DNA from: Podarcis melisellensis
Taxonomy: Eukaryota
Length of the DNA stretch: 64,000 nucleotides
NCBI GenBank assembly: GCA_964234715.1
Contig: OZ174285.1
Strand: one strand, 5' to 3'
Below are positions 1 through 13,988 of the stretch, one piece after another; within the stretch, counting starts at the first letter, position 1, and each line of letters begins with the position of its first letter. The position numbers and the translations under genes were made by a program. The notes under the pieces are model-generated. The model was not told the DNA's origin. It was given only the letters and a program-made list of their open reading frames with translations, and ran no database searches.

Positions 1-87
1 AAAAACACTCCTCTGGCCTAATTAATGAGCCATTCCATGTAGACATAAAAATAAATATTTCAACTAAGTCTTAATATGTAAAATATC

Positions 88-344
88 TAGGGTTGCCATA
101 TTTCAAAAGGTGAAAATCCAGACAAAAAAGTTGTTGAGTTTTTTTGTTTTTGTTTTTACAAAATATTTTTAAAAAGAGACGTTTTTGAGGTACTTTTAAG
201 GAAGTTTGCCAAAATCGACATTACCGACATGGGTTGCCATACTTCTGGATTTTCCTGAACATTTCAGCGATTTCCACCTGGGCACACCTTCTGACAGCCA
301 AATCCCAACTATGTCCAGGAAATTCCAGGCGTATGGCAACCCTA
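88..344. mobile_element. hAT-family MITE (Blackjack-like TAGGGTTGCCA ends)
   Basis: TIRs TAGGGTTGCCATA...TATGGCAACCCTA; exact 8-bp TSD AAAATATC (80-87, 345-352). Confidence 0.9.
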
Positions 345-1764
345 AAAATATCCATGTGAGGTTTTGGGAACAAAATCAAACTAGTGAATAGTCTTAGGTG
401 TGTGGAATTGTGCAGGGACAAATGATATGTGTGGATGACTGATTACTGTTTTCTGCAGCAAATCAGTGAGACTAAGTTGTTGAGAAGATACTTTCAGATT
501 TTCAAAGAGAAGTTTAGTATGCACTAAACTTAAGGATCGCTGGTAAATGTTTGGTAGAGAAATCAACAGATAGAAAATAAATAAATTATGTATATATCAT
601 TCTACAGTTTGAAAAATGGGGGTTCTGCGTGACTATAGTGTTCAAAATTTGCCTTTGTTAAGTGGATTGCGGGCCTATTAATTGTACTATATTTTTAGTT
701 TTAATTAGAGCCGTTTTTCTGAGACTAAACCTTTTTACCATTAGGCTTTTTGAACCCTGTGAGATAAAAAGAAAGAGTTATTTTGGAACATTATTTACAC
801 GATTTTAATTAATGATTATAATCTCAGTGGTCACTTTTTGCAAAAGAGCATTTAATCCTTTAACCAGTTTTCATGATTTGCATTTTTCACAAACACTTGG
901 GCCCTGCAATGTTATCTCTATTTCCCCCCCTTTTTAAAAAACCCCCACATAATTTTATTTTGTTCCCTCTTCAAACAACATTTCCTACCACAACACCTGT
1001 TTTTCATGCAGACTGAGCCGATAGGTAAAGAAGCAAAGTTTGCTTCCTTTTGCCAAGATAGAACATAGCTCCTGGCAAGGTTATGTTTGAAAACAGTTTT
1101 TCATGCAGGGATCGTATACAAGCAGTGTTGCTGTTGCCAAGATCCTCTGACTAATGAAGGGCTGGAACGATAGTGTATTCTTCTTCTTTTGCTTGCGGCA
1201 TGAACATGTAGCATTTCTTCTGAGGAAAGGCATTCTGGTGTTTCAAACAAAGCAGGAAGTTTAACCTTCTCGGAAGAAGGTCAATGTTTTTACTGATAGT
1301 GGGGTGGGGAGAGCAACTTTATAAACAACATAAAAGATAAATTTTCTGCTTTGCAATAAGAGACACAAACAATGAATTTTCAGGATTTTTTTTTTCCAGT
1401 GAAGATCAGCAGGAAAGTGAGTATGTTTATCAACTTCTTTACCTCTCAGCGCCACATTTTGCTTAAAGAGAGCTGTATTAACGACTTCAAGAACCTCCTG
1501 CTGTCTGCGCACTGGCAATTTGAATTGTGAAGTACAAAGACATGATAACCCTTTAAATATCCTTTTTGTGGTCAGTGCACCTGAGAGCATTTGCAATTCG
1601 TTCTTTTCAAAATTATAATGTGAGGCATTTCACATTGGGAAGTACATACTTAGCTGTAGTTTGTAATATGCCAGATTGGGATTATGTTGAGAATAAGTGG
1701 CCTGTTGGGAATTGTGCAAATATTTTAGTAAACAATAAAATGGAGGCAGTCTAGTTTACAGACT

Positions 1765-1822
1765 GAAGGCTGGACTGGATGAATGTTGAAGTCCCTTCGA
1801 ACTCCCTTCATGTTTCTATGAA
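1765..1822 (+). mobile_element. degraded CR1 LINE 3' tail
   Basis: Resembles the CR1 3' end motif (tggactagatg...gtcccttcca...ttctatga). Confidence 0.45.
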
Positions 1823-2974
1823 GCAGTTACAGACAGCAATGATGGAAAGCAGTAGAGAAACTTTGCAGTAAAACGAGAAATGTTTATGAATTATAACTAT
1901 AGCACCGATCAGGAAACTCTTTTAATCTTTTTGGGATAAACCAGCAACTAACTTGCTGTGATACCAACTGAATGGTCATTGTAGCAGATTTCCTGTCCCG
2001 GGGTCCTGACTATAGCTGCTACATCTTCCCAGATGTCAAAATGATGGTTCATGTGGGCTTTGAAGGCAGCATTGCTCTCAGTCCTCAGCTCAAAGTATAT
2101 TGCTGTCCACAGAACAGCTATACTGTGACCCCTCTACATTTTCTAGTTAACCCTTGCATTTAGACCTGTCTGCAAGGTATCCAGTTAGCGTGTTTCTATG
2201 TGTCATATTCTGGAGATATTCACAGGCAGATTGGGGCACCAAAGGACCTGAACACAACAGCAATTTTATAAGGGAACTGTTTACTTCCTAATTATTTGCG
2301 AACACAATCTTTTAAATGCAGTGCTATAAAATGAGAACACATTCTCAATCCCAATATTCCAAAGATATACAAAGGAGATTGACACTGTGCTGCTTATACA
2401 CAACATGAGAAAATGCTGTGTAATGCAGAAAAGCCATTCCTAAATGTCTGCAACCCTATTTTGCTTTGTTAATTGGCTTTATGCTCTAGGGGGCTTTAAC
2501 GCTGAAGTGAACAATATATATGTAGCACATTGCATTCCTTGAGCCAAGTCAATTAATCTCTCTCTACTTTTCAAAATAGTTTCTGTTTAGCAGTTGTTGT
2601 GCAAATTAGGCTCATTGTAATAAACAAGGAGGCATTTGATAATTCACAAACCCCAGTGCAATAATCTGTAAAACCTCAGTGCTTGTACACACAAAATAGC
2701 GGTAGATGCCGCTTGGCTACATTGGCCATTTAGTCTCAGAGAGTCTGTAATTATACATTTAAATTTTGCAGGCAGATTTTTGTAATAAGATTTTTGTGCC
2801 CCTAATTAGGCTCTCGCTGCTTGATATGTATAGAATTGTGGATTATTTTTAATTACATTAATTTAAGTAATTAACCCACTCTTTTATAAGCAAAGAAACG
2901 AGATGGCAGCTCTTGCTGAGAAATGACTGATATGTCTTAATAGCAAACTTCTCAGTATTGAGGTCCAGCACCCT

Positions 2975-3203
2975 GATTTGATCAGTGGCTACAACTTGTG
3001 ATAATATTCTGTGGCTCCACGGTCAGAGGCAATAATGCTTTCAAATACCTGTTTCTGGAAACCACAGTAGGGCAGAGTGCTCTTGTGCTGGGCTCCTGTA
3101 TGCAGGTTTCCCACAGACATCTGGTTGGCTGCTATGAAAACAGGATGCTCGACTAGATGGGTCGTTGGTCTGATCTAGCAGACTCTTCTAATGTCCCCTT
3201 ATG
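2975..3203 (+). mobile_element. CR1-type LINE 3' end / CR1-tailed SINE fragment
   Basis: Ends in caggatgctcgactagatgggtcgttggtctgatctagcagactcttctaatg..ttatg, the typical sauropsid CR1-type 3' terminus. Confidence 0.6.
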
Positions 3204-3293
3204 GATCCTTTAGCAGTCATGGGTGGCACTAATCTGGATCAGTATTGCAGCATGGGCCACTTCCCCCGATGCAACGATACTAATCTGCACACC

Positions 3294-3746
3294 TGTTGTT
3301 GTTGTTTAGTCGTTTAGTCGTGTCTGACTCTTCGTGACCCCATGGACCAGAGCACGCCAGGCACTCCTATCTTCCACTGCCTCCCACAGTATGGTCAGAC
3401 GCATTTTAGTAGCGTCGAGAACACTGTCCAACCATCTTGTCCCCTTCTCCCTGTGCCCTCAGTCTTTCCCAGCACCAGGGTATTTTCCAGGGAGTCTTCT
3501 CTTCTCATGAGGTGGCCAAAGTATTGCAGCCTCAGCTTCAGGATCTGTCCTTCCAGTGAGCACTCAGGGCTGATTTCCTTCAGAATGGATAGGTTTGATC
3601 TTCTTGCAGTCCATGGGACTCTCAAGAGTCTCCTCCAGCACCATAATTCAAAAGCATCAATTGTTCGGCGATCAGCCTTCTTTATGGTCCAGCTCTCAGT
3701 TCCATACATCACTACTGGGAAAACCATAGCTTTAATTATACAGACC
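3294..3746 (-). mobile_element. BovB (RTE clade) LINE 3' fragment
   Basis: Minus-strand ORF ...KAMVFPVVMYGTESWTIKKADRRTIDAFELWCWRRLLRVPWTARRSN... matches the BovB ORF2 C-terminus; (AAC)n tail at the 3' end. Confidence 0.93.
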
Positions 3747-3991
3747 CTAGTAATGAACAAACAAGCATCAGAAGGCCTATTATTTGCTACATATTATAAA
3801 TTCTCGTTTTAACTTTAGTATGTGAGTGGTTATGCTCCAGTTAGGCTTACACCTTGCTGTTCATTTAAGAAAAAGGCTAACATTGAATGTGAATGTTTGT
3901 ACGGAGATACAGCTGTTTAGAGAAAATAAATTGCCATTGAGGATCAGGTTCAAAAACTTCAAACGGCTCTTTACATCAGCTGTAAATGCAG

Positions 3992-3992
<1 letters not shown>

Positions 3993-4022
<30 letters not shown>

Positions 4023-4070
4023 CTTCTTCTTCTTTTTCTCCTCCTCCTCCTCCTCCTCCTCCTTCTTCTT
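3993..4070. repeat. compound (TTC)n-(TCC)n microsatellite
   Basis: Directly visible trinucleotide tracts. Confidence 0.97.
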
Positions 4071-5020
4071 TTTGGCAAACCTTCATGTTTGCATTTGAAG
4101 GCAATCAACATTGTAAAGATTTAAAAGAGTATAATACTCCCAATAATTTCTGTACAACAATGAACTTGTTTTGTGTATGGTTGTATGACATCTGAACGGC
4201 ATGTGTACATTGCTGCAAATCAATTTATTAAGAGAAGTATCTATCTTCTGTAGTATTGGCACAGAGCTTCAAAAAACTGTAATAATATTGTAAAAGAAAC
4301 CCATTCATACTTATATTCCTAGAAATTTACACTAGAGAGAGAGAAGCTTTCTCTGCTGTGATAAACTATTGACTACATGTGCTCACTGTTACTCCCCAAG
4401 GATTACTTAAATTATAACCATTGTGTCTTGTTATTGGTAACACCTTGGTCTTTTCTTTAATTGCACTTCTGGGTAGGCCAGTCACTGGTCCTTCTGTCTT
4501 AATTATTCTTGGAATGTTCTCTCTCAATCTACCAAGTATCTAAGTAATCTTTATTTCACTTTATTCCTAAATCTTTCCCCTCATGTACTATTTGAAAATT
4601 GCGGAGGGTATTTCCTCTCCTCCTGTCCAGCCTTTTCCCTCCCAAATGTAATCTCTGCTTTTGTTTCTTTTGCTCCTCAAACCTCAGCATGTAGCTGGTA
4701 CTTCAGGCATGCCCAGATGCTGTGCCTGTGAACCTTTGTAGGGTAAGACTGCCTCAAGGACAAGTCTGAGTCTGACTAAGGTGGAGGGTGATAGCTAAAG
4801 CCTCATCCTTCGACCAGTGGTGGCAGGCAGAAGGATGGATAGCCTGGTCTGTGGGGTTGTGCCCCTTGACCTTACTGGATTGGGTTCACTGAATATATAT
4901 CCAGCTTTATAACAAAGTTGGTAATCATCATGTAGCTTTCTGTAATCTATTGTACATACATTCAGCTATTTTACAGAGAAATATCTATAACTGCAGGACT
5001 ATAGTGAACCTCGCAAAGTA

Positions 5021-5220
5021 CCGTATTTTTCCGTGTAAAAGATGCCCTCTACTTTTGGGGACTCCAATTTAAGAACATGGGGGGAGATGGCCCAGAGTTT
5101 TTTGGAGGGGGGTGCCGAAAATCACTCACCCGACTGACAAACGCTGCCAATCGCATGCATCACAGAATAAAACATTATTTTAGAGTAGAAAAACCTCATC
5201 TTATACACGGAAAAGTACGG
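5021..5220. mobile_element. Tc1/mariner-superfamily MITE (CCGTA ends)
   Basis: TIRs CCGTATTTTTCCGTGTAAAAGA / TCTTATACACGGAAAAGTACGG, flanked by TA on both sides. Confidence 0.85.
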
Positions 5221-7338
5221 TAAATATAGCTTTTCCAAGGCTGTTTTAGAGGTCTGATAAAGCACGACATATGAAGCGTATGGTTGGGACGGTTTAGGTA
5301 AAAGTACGAATCAGTAAAATAATCCCGATTTGTAAGAAAGAAAGGAGTTACAACGTCTAACCTTTACCTCATTTGTTAAATTCTACTCACCCCTACTAGT
5401 TTAGGACTAGAAATTGTTTAGAATGGTTTATTTTGGATAACAGTAGGTGCCTCTGATTTGAAATTAAGTTTGTATAATGATAGTAAAGAGGTAATATTGA
5501 CATTCCAAAGCACCATGCCAGAAAATACAAAAAAAAAAAAGGAAATACACAAAACAATAAACATAGGCATTGGGATATCTGCATGTCACCTTAGTGTAAA
5601 ACAAAATCTATACTACTAGAAAACAAGCCAGAGCCTCTTGTTGTGACAACCTGGGTTTGTCTCCAGTGTTTGTACAGACAACCAAGGTTTATTCTACTAC
5701 AGTAATAGTGGGGGAAGAGTGCTGTGAGAACCTTTGAGCATCATCCACCTGCTTGCTGCTCGGTCACATAAAACCATGGTTTGTTTTTAAATATAGTTTA
5801 ATGTGGTTTGCAAACCAGGCCAATAAATTACATTTCTTCACTAATAGGTTCAGAATATTCATTTTATGTTCACAAATAAGAACCCAATTCTGTGCTCAGC
5901 ACTGCATTGGTACAATATGATAAGAACCTGGACACTGGCCCACAAATGGATTATATATGTACATTTCACCCCTTAATTTCAGACAGCCAAACCCTAGAAA
6001 TCCCAGGCACACTGGGGTTCAGACCCACCATGTGGCCCAGTTAGACATTTGTCCTTTGTGAAAACTGCTTAGGTGGCTTAAAGCTGTTGAAAAAGCCTCT
6101 TAGTTAGTGGATGTGATCCCAGAATCATGGAGAAAGTGGGCATTTACCTGGGAGCTGCTAAAATTACTTGTGATTAGTCATAAACTGTGCCTTGAAGGTA
6201 TGCAGCTCTTGGGCTGTGTAGCAATCTTGCTTCTGGGCTTCCCGAGGGAAGAACCTAGGCGCAAGGCAGCAACTTTTTACATTTCACCTTATATATTATT
6301 CAGCCAACAAAAGTAAATATATCCAAGCCATGTCTTTATTTTGTGGCTCAGGAAGAGAGTTGAACATTTTTATAGCACTATAGTGGCTTATGTTGCAGAT
6401 ACTCGTTCTCCCCCCCCCCATCCCATTATTTTTTTTCTATTCAAGGCCTTTTAAACTGTAGTGGGGCAAATAGATTAGGTGTTTTGTATCTTTATGACAC
6501 CTCCAACTGTAGCTGATAAACGGCTCAACTTACCTGTCCCCTTCTGGCTGTCATTGTGTTTCTTAGTTGTATATGAATCAAAGTAGTAAGCTGATTTTTA
6601 AAATATGCTCCTTCGTCTACATTTTATACCTGCATCTCACAGAAATTCTACATGCATATCTAATTAAATAATTTATTTCAGGTGCCTTTATATCTTTCTA
6701 TGGAGGTTGACACTTAGGGTATTTGTTCATATGATGTTTCTCACATTTTCTTTCTTCATATAAGAAGCAATATCAGTTTCTATTTAAACATTTATTTGCT
6801 AGTAGTGAATGTGTGCCCTCAAAGTATTTACTGCTAGTGTATCTCTTTCCTGCAATCCTGGCTTATGCATCTTGCCTGCTTTCTATTAACTCCCAGCCAG
6901 GAGAGTCGTTTTTTGCATCTAGATGAGAAGACAGAAGCATTTCCACACTTGCTGAATTCTCTCTGGTGCCTGTTCAAGGCTAAGTCCTTTGCCAGTGCAA
7001 ATTACTTATAATACAACAGTTTGAGAGAGAGAGAAATCAAAATTTATCCAACCAAGGATAGCACTTTGTTACTTTTTATCAAGCTCAAACAGACAGCATT
7101 AATCCCTGGAATTATAGTCTACTATGAGAAGTCTACCTATTCTGCAGTCTTCTGAGGATAGAAAAATAAGAGATAAAGGGGCCAAAACGGTAAAGATCCT
7201 TAATGCTGATCTAACTAGCTTATTCTGGCAGCTATGCAGAGAATCCTATGCCTGGATTTATTTATTTCAATTTCTCTTTTTATATTGCTTACAGCAACTT
7301 TCACCATCTATGGCAGGTGAAAGTGTGTTTCATAAATA

Positions 7339-7549
7339 CAGTGGTACCTCTGGTTGCGGACCCAATCCGTTCCAGGGTGCCATTCTCACCCTGAAAAGTC
7401 AGTAACCAGAGCGGCGCGATAGAGCACTTCTGCGCATGCACAAACCGCACAGAACACATCTGCGCGTGTGGCAAAGCACTTCTGGGTTTGCCACATTCTT
7501 AACCCGAAAAAAACGCAACATGAAGCGTTCGCAAGAAGAGGTATGACTG
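7339..7549. mobile_element. Tc1/mariner (Tigger/pogo-like) MITE
   Basis: TA|CAGTGGTACCTC...GAGGTATGACTG|TA. Confidence 0.85.
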
Positions 7550-9870
7550 TAATGAAGAATCTGTAATGAAGAATCTTGCGGGACAATAAAAACTAGTGCA
7601 CATATTAAGTTACAAACTTTTCTGATTCGTCCTTTACAGTACAGAAGCTCCTATCTTGTTCACCGTGGACTCAGAGGAAGGTGACAGCTGTAATCTTACT
7701 AGTGGGCTGCCAACTTTCAGGGATGTTGGGTTTCTATTTAGAACGGGTACATTTTAGGGACACCCCAAGTAAAGCTTACAACCTCAGTAAAAATGAGAGA
7801 TGGGTGAATTTCCGAAAGTTCTCTTTCAATTAACGATTAATAGAGTGAAGTTTGTATAAGGGGGGGGGGGACATTTTACTAGCTCATCTTTGTAGTTAGA
7901 TGTTGTTCGCAGTGAATTTTCATGCTTCCTTGTTTGCATTTTAAATGAGGTTTTTCTGTTTAGAAAAAATATTTACCTTGTTCAAATGTAACGTTCAGGT
8001 GGCATGTGCATTCTGATACTCATTCCAAATCTCATCAGGCTGTGGCTCTGATGGTGTCATTTCCTTTCATACCAAGGTGATCGAAATGCAGTTCTTTAAA
8101 GTGAAATGTCCTAAACCAGTCTCTGGCAGCTCCTATTAACTGAAGTGCATCACAAACAGTAACAAGGTCTCTGAGGACCACTTTCCTTACAAGCTGTGTA
8201 GTCATATTTCCTCATTAGCTCATTTCAATTGTCACTAATGCCATGTCCCAGGCTTTTGCAAAGTTGACCAAAAAACCCCATAAAAACTATATGCATGTAG
8301 AACAGACAATTATTTTCTGTAATTCAAGATCCTTTTGAATCCATTTGATAGCTTGTGGCTTACACAGTTTAATTAGTTAACATTCTCCCAGATTCAAGTC
8401 TGAATATAAGGAAGAAAAATCTTAGGGAAAATGCACAAATTGTAATGCACAATAGACAGCATCAACCTTTGATTTTAAAATATTTATTTTAGCATTTAAA
8501 TTATTATGCTCAGTGCATAAAAAAACAGGAAAGCATGAATATAATCGAATTGCTAAAGTGTTCAAATGCACCAAAGTGGAAGTGGTGTTCTTAAATGTTT
8601 ACCACTACATTTTGGCAGGAGAAGAATGTGTGTGTGTGATATTCTTTCTATACTTTATTGCTCTGTTACATAGTAACATTCAATGCTTTGCATTTGAGGT
8701 GCGTTGCAGTCACATGCAATGTAATATTTAGCTTGTAAGTATGCACGATACCATATTTCTGTGACTTGATAACTATGCTGATCAGGGTGTGTGCAGTTGT
8801 GTTTCCAGTTGTGCAGAACTGGAAATAGGGTTCTTGTTCTTACATTTAATGTTACAAATTTTAGTAGCTCTATGTGTGTATGTTTTGATATGAGGACATC
8901 ATTTGGTTTATAGCTTTGGGAGCAATATTTCTTCTTCTATATGTGCCAGTTGGGTTGTAAAAAAGTTCAAACCACTCTCACTTGTGTGGTTTTTAAGATA
9001 GAAACATGGAAACTTTGTGGAGAACTTGCAATAGGTACAATACGTGATTGTTACATGTTGCAACTGTTTAATTATAAGCTGAGCACCTTGTCAATAAATT
9101 CATAGTGTTTCTTCTGAAACAAGCAAACATTGCCATTTCTAAAATGTATAACATAAAGGAAATGGTTCACACAATGGAATTTTGATTGTGTTTACTCCTA
9201 TGTTTTTGTTTTTATAACTTTCAAGAAAAGGCTACAAAATGTAATAATAATAAACACAATTCTATAATTCTCTTACAAACTAACAAACACTTTGGAACTT
9301 AAATCTCCATTCTAATTAATGCATGTTTCTGTAGCTAAACATTTGTGCTCAAGTAGTGGGTGATATTTCATGCTTGGATGTTTGCTGACGTCTGTAATAA
9401 TCACTTTGGACATACAGCAATGAATCAAGGTACCTAATTTGTAATTATTGTGAGTAGTATCTGAAGTTCCATTAAAATTGTAAACTGCATTATAATAGTA
9501 TCTCAAAGTCAGATGAAGGTTAAAATACTTTATGATTATTGTTTTTACTCTGTTACAAATATTGTGTTACTATTCAACATTTTGTCTGAAATATTTGTGT
9601 AATATTTCAAAATTAAGAACACAGGACTGAATGATTTTTTAAAATCATTTATGTTGTCAAAATTTCTGTTTTCCATCTTGTTGAAATGATCAGAATCACT
9701 CGGATTGAAAAGTAAGGCTGTAATGTATTCTGAAATAGCCTCATATATACACACAACAAATTAAAAGTTTGATTTCTCAGTTAGTAATTTACATTCTAAA
9801 AATCTAGTAGTCATTGGTCTCTCATTACTGTATGTAAGCACTCATTAATCGAGATCTCTATGTATTCCAG

Positions 9871-9947
9871 ATGTGTAGAAGTCATTGCTAAAGAAGGGCA
9901 GAACTTGAAAGAACTTTATTTGGTGTCCTGTAAGATCACAGACTATG
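9871..9947 (+). CDS. FBXL17: FBXL17 internal coding exon (LRR region; equivalent to human exon 7 from recall)
   Basis: ttccag|A acceptor and G|gtatgt donor. The 77 bp read (R)CVEVIAKEGQNLKELYLVSCKITDY(A), which I recognise as FBXL17 LRR sequence. The phase-1 end joins the exon at 54937 in frame (G+CA = Ala). Confidence 0.95.
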
Positions 9948-10370
9948 GTATGTAATATTCATTTTTAAAACACATTTTATGCCATCAAGAAGAGTTAATT
10001 GTTGTTGATATTTTTAGATTTCTCCATTCTGAAAAGTTTGAAGAAATGTTCATCATAAATATGTAGCTTCAAAATTTATTTGTAAGCAATTGCAACATAA
10101 TCTATTGGTCACAGTCACTGCCCACTATGGTGCGATGTATTGCATTTCTATTAAAATGATAGTAATTATGTCTAAATTTGCAACTATCTTAATGATAATA
10201 ATACATGCACATTTTATGCAAATTGGTATCCTCTTTTCTCTCTCTCTCTCTTTTTTTTTTTTGAGATTTAGTTTCTCTTTCGGGCAATGTGTAAGTTGCC
10301 ACTGTATTTGTTGTGAGCTTCCAGGCAACCGGTGGTTTTAAACTACAAGCCTGCCTTTGCTTTCATCTAT

Positions 10371-10490
10371 GAGTCCCCATATGTTGTTAAACTACAACTC
10401 CCATCACCCCCAGCTAGCAAGGCCAGAGCTCAGGGATGATAGGAGTTGTAGTCCAACAACATCTAGGGACCCACGGGTTGAGAACCGCTA
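10371..10490. mobile_element. palindromic hAT (Charlie/URR1-like) MITE, partial
   Basis: Inverted core actacaactcccatca...gatgataggagttgtagt, shared with the copies at 17740, 35465 and 40432. Confidence 0.75.
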
Positions 10491-13416
10491 AGCACTTCCA
10501 TATCTAGTTGCAGTGGCTTCCAGTGATCGAACAATAAAAATAATTGGCTTTTCAATAGAGCATTGTGCTAAATCAAAGCTAAGCTTTCTTAACTTGGATT
10601 TGGTCTCAATTATGTCTCAATTAATTCATTGTTCAACTAAACACATCTTTGACATATTTAAGGCAGCTTCAAGCATTACGTAGCAAGCTTGAAATATGGT
10701 GTGGGGCTGCTATCCAATCATGTTATGTGTGTATTCGTGTTTAAATTAAATATGACTCAGATAAGTAACACTTGGGGAGAAAAATGGGAAAAGCAGCTAA
10801 GTGGTCTAAGAGTTTGAATTTATTTTCCATGGTTTGTATAGATAGATTTTTTGCATGGGGAGGGGAGATTTGGACACTTCAGAATTTAGTGCTTTTATAA
10901 TAGAACTGTATGGGAAACAACCAAGTTAACATTTTCAGCACTTAAAAGATGAGTGTAAAGTATTAAATATGGTTTTGGATCACAGAACCAACTAGGTTTA
11001 AGTTTAGTTGGATTGACTTGCACACTTTCCAGCTAAGCTAAGCTCTCACTTTGGGACAGGCTGTCAAGAAGTCAAGCCGTATATTTATTCAGATATATGC
11101 ATGTTAAAAACCTTAATATAAATATTGACTTCCAGGAATAATACTGTTGACCGTCCTGCAAAAGCCTGAAAATAATGTAACTTTTATTTGTAAGTCTTAG
11201 GATATCTAGTATGACAGATAAAGAGTAGTCACCCAAGTCAGCCTGTAAATCACATAAATCATCCTTTAAAAAAGAAAGTTATATTAAAACTTTGTTGACA
11301 ATATTCTTAACAATCACTCATGCAAAAAGAACATTTTCTACCATCTGCCAGCGCTATATGTAATTCATAACTATCAGAAATCAATTTTCTTTAAATAACT
11401 TCTAAGAATACTCCTGATGTCATGAAAATTCCAGGCAATTTTCTTTGAGAGTTGGTTTGGAATGCCACTGTGCATCTCAAAGCCCCATATAGTGAGGTAA
11501 ATTACAGCAATAGCATATTTCTCAACTATAAGAATTGCAGATCTTTTGTCTAGTGGTACATTATGGAGGATTTTCAATTTGAGAAAGACAGTTAAGCCGA
11601 ACTTTTAATTTTTTTGATAAATGTAAAATGATGCACTGCCCCCATTATCAGCACCTTCTTCGCCCATTAAGTAAGTATACAGGGAAATAGCAGGTTGGAA
11701 GAAAGTGTACTTTGAATGTGGCTTGTCACTATGCCCCAAACTAGAGCACCATATGATCTTACCTATATTTTACATTCCATTGCAGAAGTCTTGTATATGC
11801 CTCCCTGTTTAAAGGCATCTATTGCCTTCATTTAAATTCCTCTAAAGTGATTTTTTTGCTCTCCTCTGAGGTTTTATTTTGCTTCCTGGATAGCAAACTG
11901 TGGGAAACGACATATTTGAAAACGCAACATTAAATGCTAACTTAACATTTCATCCTCTTAAAACTAAAGTGTTGTTCCCCAGGGTCCTAGAATCTATTAA
12001 CATCTCTTTCATATATAAAAAAATTAAAGTATATTTTTACTACAGAAACCAAGCAATTGCTTCATCTTGGGGGGGGGGGATCAATGACCTCTATTTACTT
12101 TATTGTATTTTAGTTATTAGGTTTGTATCCAACAATTCATTCAAATACAGAATACTTCAAATCTATTCAAAAGTACAATATCATCTGTTGGTGTGTGGGG
12201 TCCATATGGGGTTGTTTCCGCTGGTCCCTGGCACTTGACGTAATCACAGGCAAGTATCCAGATTTCTCCCTGCAGGCAGAGGGGTAGAAAGAGTTGAAGA
12301 TGAATTCTAGAGCTAGTTGATAGTGAAGATACCAACTCACAAAAGCAAATCCTTCTGCTTGCCTATCCACTTGCTCTGTAGTCAAAGACCACAGATAAAG
12401 CACAACCTGTAAATAAAAGTTCAGGTACTTGGCAGAAGCCTCCTGGATCACATTAAAATGTGTTCCCTAATTCCTGAGGAACGTCATACACCAATTGTCA
12501 AACTGGATTCCCCAACATCACCTTTAGGAACTGACCCCTAAGGAAAGACTGGGAACAGTGCTCCCTGGCCAAACAGTTCAGAAGAATATATGGTGGTCAA
12601 CAGGCTGGAAGCTGCTGAGAGGTCCAGCAAACCCAACAGGGACTTATCCCCCCCCCCCCCCCGTCTAGTTTGCTATGAGATCTCTGTAAAGCCAGGTAAC
12701 TTGTTTGCCTCAACTGGACAGGATGTTCAGGAGCAATTATGTCAAACTTCCTGGTCGTTTCCCCATCCTAGAGACTGATAAGTGCTTTGACAGAATCATC
12801 AAGTGACAAAATAGGAAACTTCCCCAAGGCACCCAGAAAACTGTTGGGATCCATCTTACTTCTTTTTAATATGTCCTCTCTCCTGTGGAAGTTAGGAGTT
12901 CCTGTAATTCTTAACTCAACATATAGTAAGGCTATGGAGCATCTGCCCGGAAATGGAAATCACTCAGTACCATCAATCTGGCAGATTCCATGCCCAGGAC
13001 TACCAGCTAGCTCAATTAGGGCGACTGTTGGGCAACAGGGTCCCCATTCTGTTGGCAGCTGTCCTCACAAACAAAAAAACTCAATACTGGTAGATAGCTG
13101 AAGAGGGCACCTCATCTGAGGAATGGAATTACAGTAGGTGTGAACAACTCTACTCATCTTAGATAGCACTGAATGGAGAAACCTCACAGATATACTGATT
13201 TTGTTAAAATAATATAAATACCATAGTACTAGGAACAGCCACCTCTTTGCTAACCCCCTTCCTGCACCCCTTCCCCCACACCTCTTCCCTTTACACCTGA
13301 CCCCAAAAACGCTCACTTTACACCTCACCCATCCCTTTCCTATCTCCACCCCAAGCCCCACCTCTGTTTAAAGGTGGGGGAGCTCAGAGAGGAGCTAGTC
13401 CCCTCCATTTTTAGAG

Positions 13417-13988
13417 TGTCACAGAGTGGTTCCATTTTTTTTACACCTTGCACCTGAGTAGCTGCCACACCTTCCAACTTGACTCTCTGCAGTCCCTGTC
13501 ACCTTCCTGCTTCCTTCCCCATCCGGCCCATTCCCGATTGGTGTGTTTGTGACCAGCACACTGAGTGTTGTTTCCTCCGGCTCAGCCAGGAGTCCCTCAG
13601 GCATGAAGCCACCAGCTCCTCAGCAGGCAGCTGCCAGCAGTAGCAGTCTGTCATGGAGGGTCATGTCACTGTGTCTCTTCCTTGTCACACCGGTCGGCCA
13701 GCCGCTTTCCCCAGCTAGGGTGCTCCAGGCTTGGGGGAGTGCCATCCTAGGGGCTCCGGTTGCTCTCAGGTTCTTGCTCCCTGGCCACCTGCCCTTGTGC
13801 AATTGTGCTGGTGGCACTTGTAAGCTCTTGGTGGCAGCTTAACATGCCATTGTCTCCATTGCTGCCGCTGCCTGTTAAGTGCTGCTGTAGCGGTAAGGAG
13901 CCTGGCTGCTTTGTTCACGCTCCCTCCTTCCTGCTGTTCTGGCGGCATTCTGGAGTTGGTGCGGCCACGCAAATAGCAGAGCGTCACA
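13417..13988 (-). mobile_element. possible LTR-like GC-rich insertion
   Basis: Abrupt GC-rich block in an AT-rich background with TG...CA ends (minus strand TGTGACG...GTGACA). No TSD found. Confidence 0.35.

Noticed and set aside
3826-4195. Poly-Phe/Ser/Pro ORFs
   Set aside because: Translations of the microsatellite.
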